Assembly (NCBI RefSeq): GCF_004010195.1
Contig: NC_057718.1
Span: 58,711,325 to 58,775,324, forward strand
Direction of reading: 5' to 3'
DNA length: 64,000 bases
Source of the DNA: Chiloscyllium plagiosum
Taxonomy: Eukaryota
The translations under genes were made by a program, and so were the position numbers. Below are positions 63,267 through 64,000 of the stretch, in pieces. Under the pieces are notes generated by a model. That model ran no database searches. It worked only from the letters and a program-made list of their open reading frames with translations, and was not told where the DNA came from. Position 1 is the first letter of the stretch, and every line of letters begins with the position of its first letter.

Positions 63267-64000
63267 TATTCGACTGTTACTGCTGTTTCAGTGCCCATTG
63301 ACTGTTGGGATAAGAGGGCTTCTGATCAAACAGCACTGGGATTTTTATGCTGAATATTTTGTTTTTTTTCTTGCATGCTGGTTAGCAGAACAGGAGATAC
63401 GTGGAGATAGAATAACACTAGTCCACTTTGTGAAAATCAATTTTTAGACAATAGTATTGCTTTCATTAAATCAATAGTTTGGGGATAGGATGGAAGTAAA
63501 AATTCACTTGTTGCATTGAAGTCATATTTTAGCAAATTAAATTGTACTAGAAGAACAAATAAGGAAGAAATTTTCTTGTAGAAATTATTCTTTTTAACCA
63601 AAGACATTGAGTTAGATGTCAGTAAATAAATATCAGAATTGGATATGTCTATTATTTATATATTCTCCAAAGCTAGTTTGCCTACCTGCATTTTTGTGCT
63701 GAATATTTGTTATGTTGATGCGACTTCAGCATTTGATTATCAGTAAAATAAGATCAGCACAACAGGTAAGTGCAATACAACTGGTCATATGCATACCAAC
63801 TGTTGGAAACAGCGTCGGTTTCTCCTGGCAGGCAGCCAACCAGAGCTTAATTGGCCTTAACAGGAAATAGCAGAAGTTCTAGGAAACACCATTATTCCAC
63901 TATCTTCTAATGATGGATGGAACACAGAAACTGAAACTGAGACAAAAAAAATTAGTTTATTACCTCAGTTTTACATAAGTTTCAAAACAGGGTCATTGTC

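Overview
Non-coding, repeat-rich vertebrate genomic DNA, very likely from a shark or other elasmobranch (inferred from HE1-type SINEs, DeuSINE-like pieces, and abundant CR1, L2 and Penelope families). I recognise no host protein-coding gene, so the window looks intergenic or deep intronic. Roughly half is nested transposon relics: CR1, L2 and Rex1 LINEs, a LINE with a tRNA-like 5' head plus its matching SINE, Gypsy LTR relics, Harbinger pieces and two TA-flanked Tigger-like MITEs. The most notable pattern is a dispersed set of more than 12 short Penelope-like terminal units from about four families. They carry minimal hammerhead-ribozyme motifs (CUGAnGA, stem II, GAAAC-GUC). They occur as tiny solo inserts with 13-15 bp target-site duplications (TSDs), as fold-back inverted dimers, and as template-jump mosaics. 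Family names come from recalled motifs, not database searches. Boundaries of degenerate elements are approximate.
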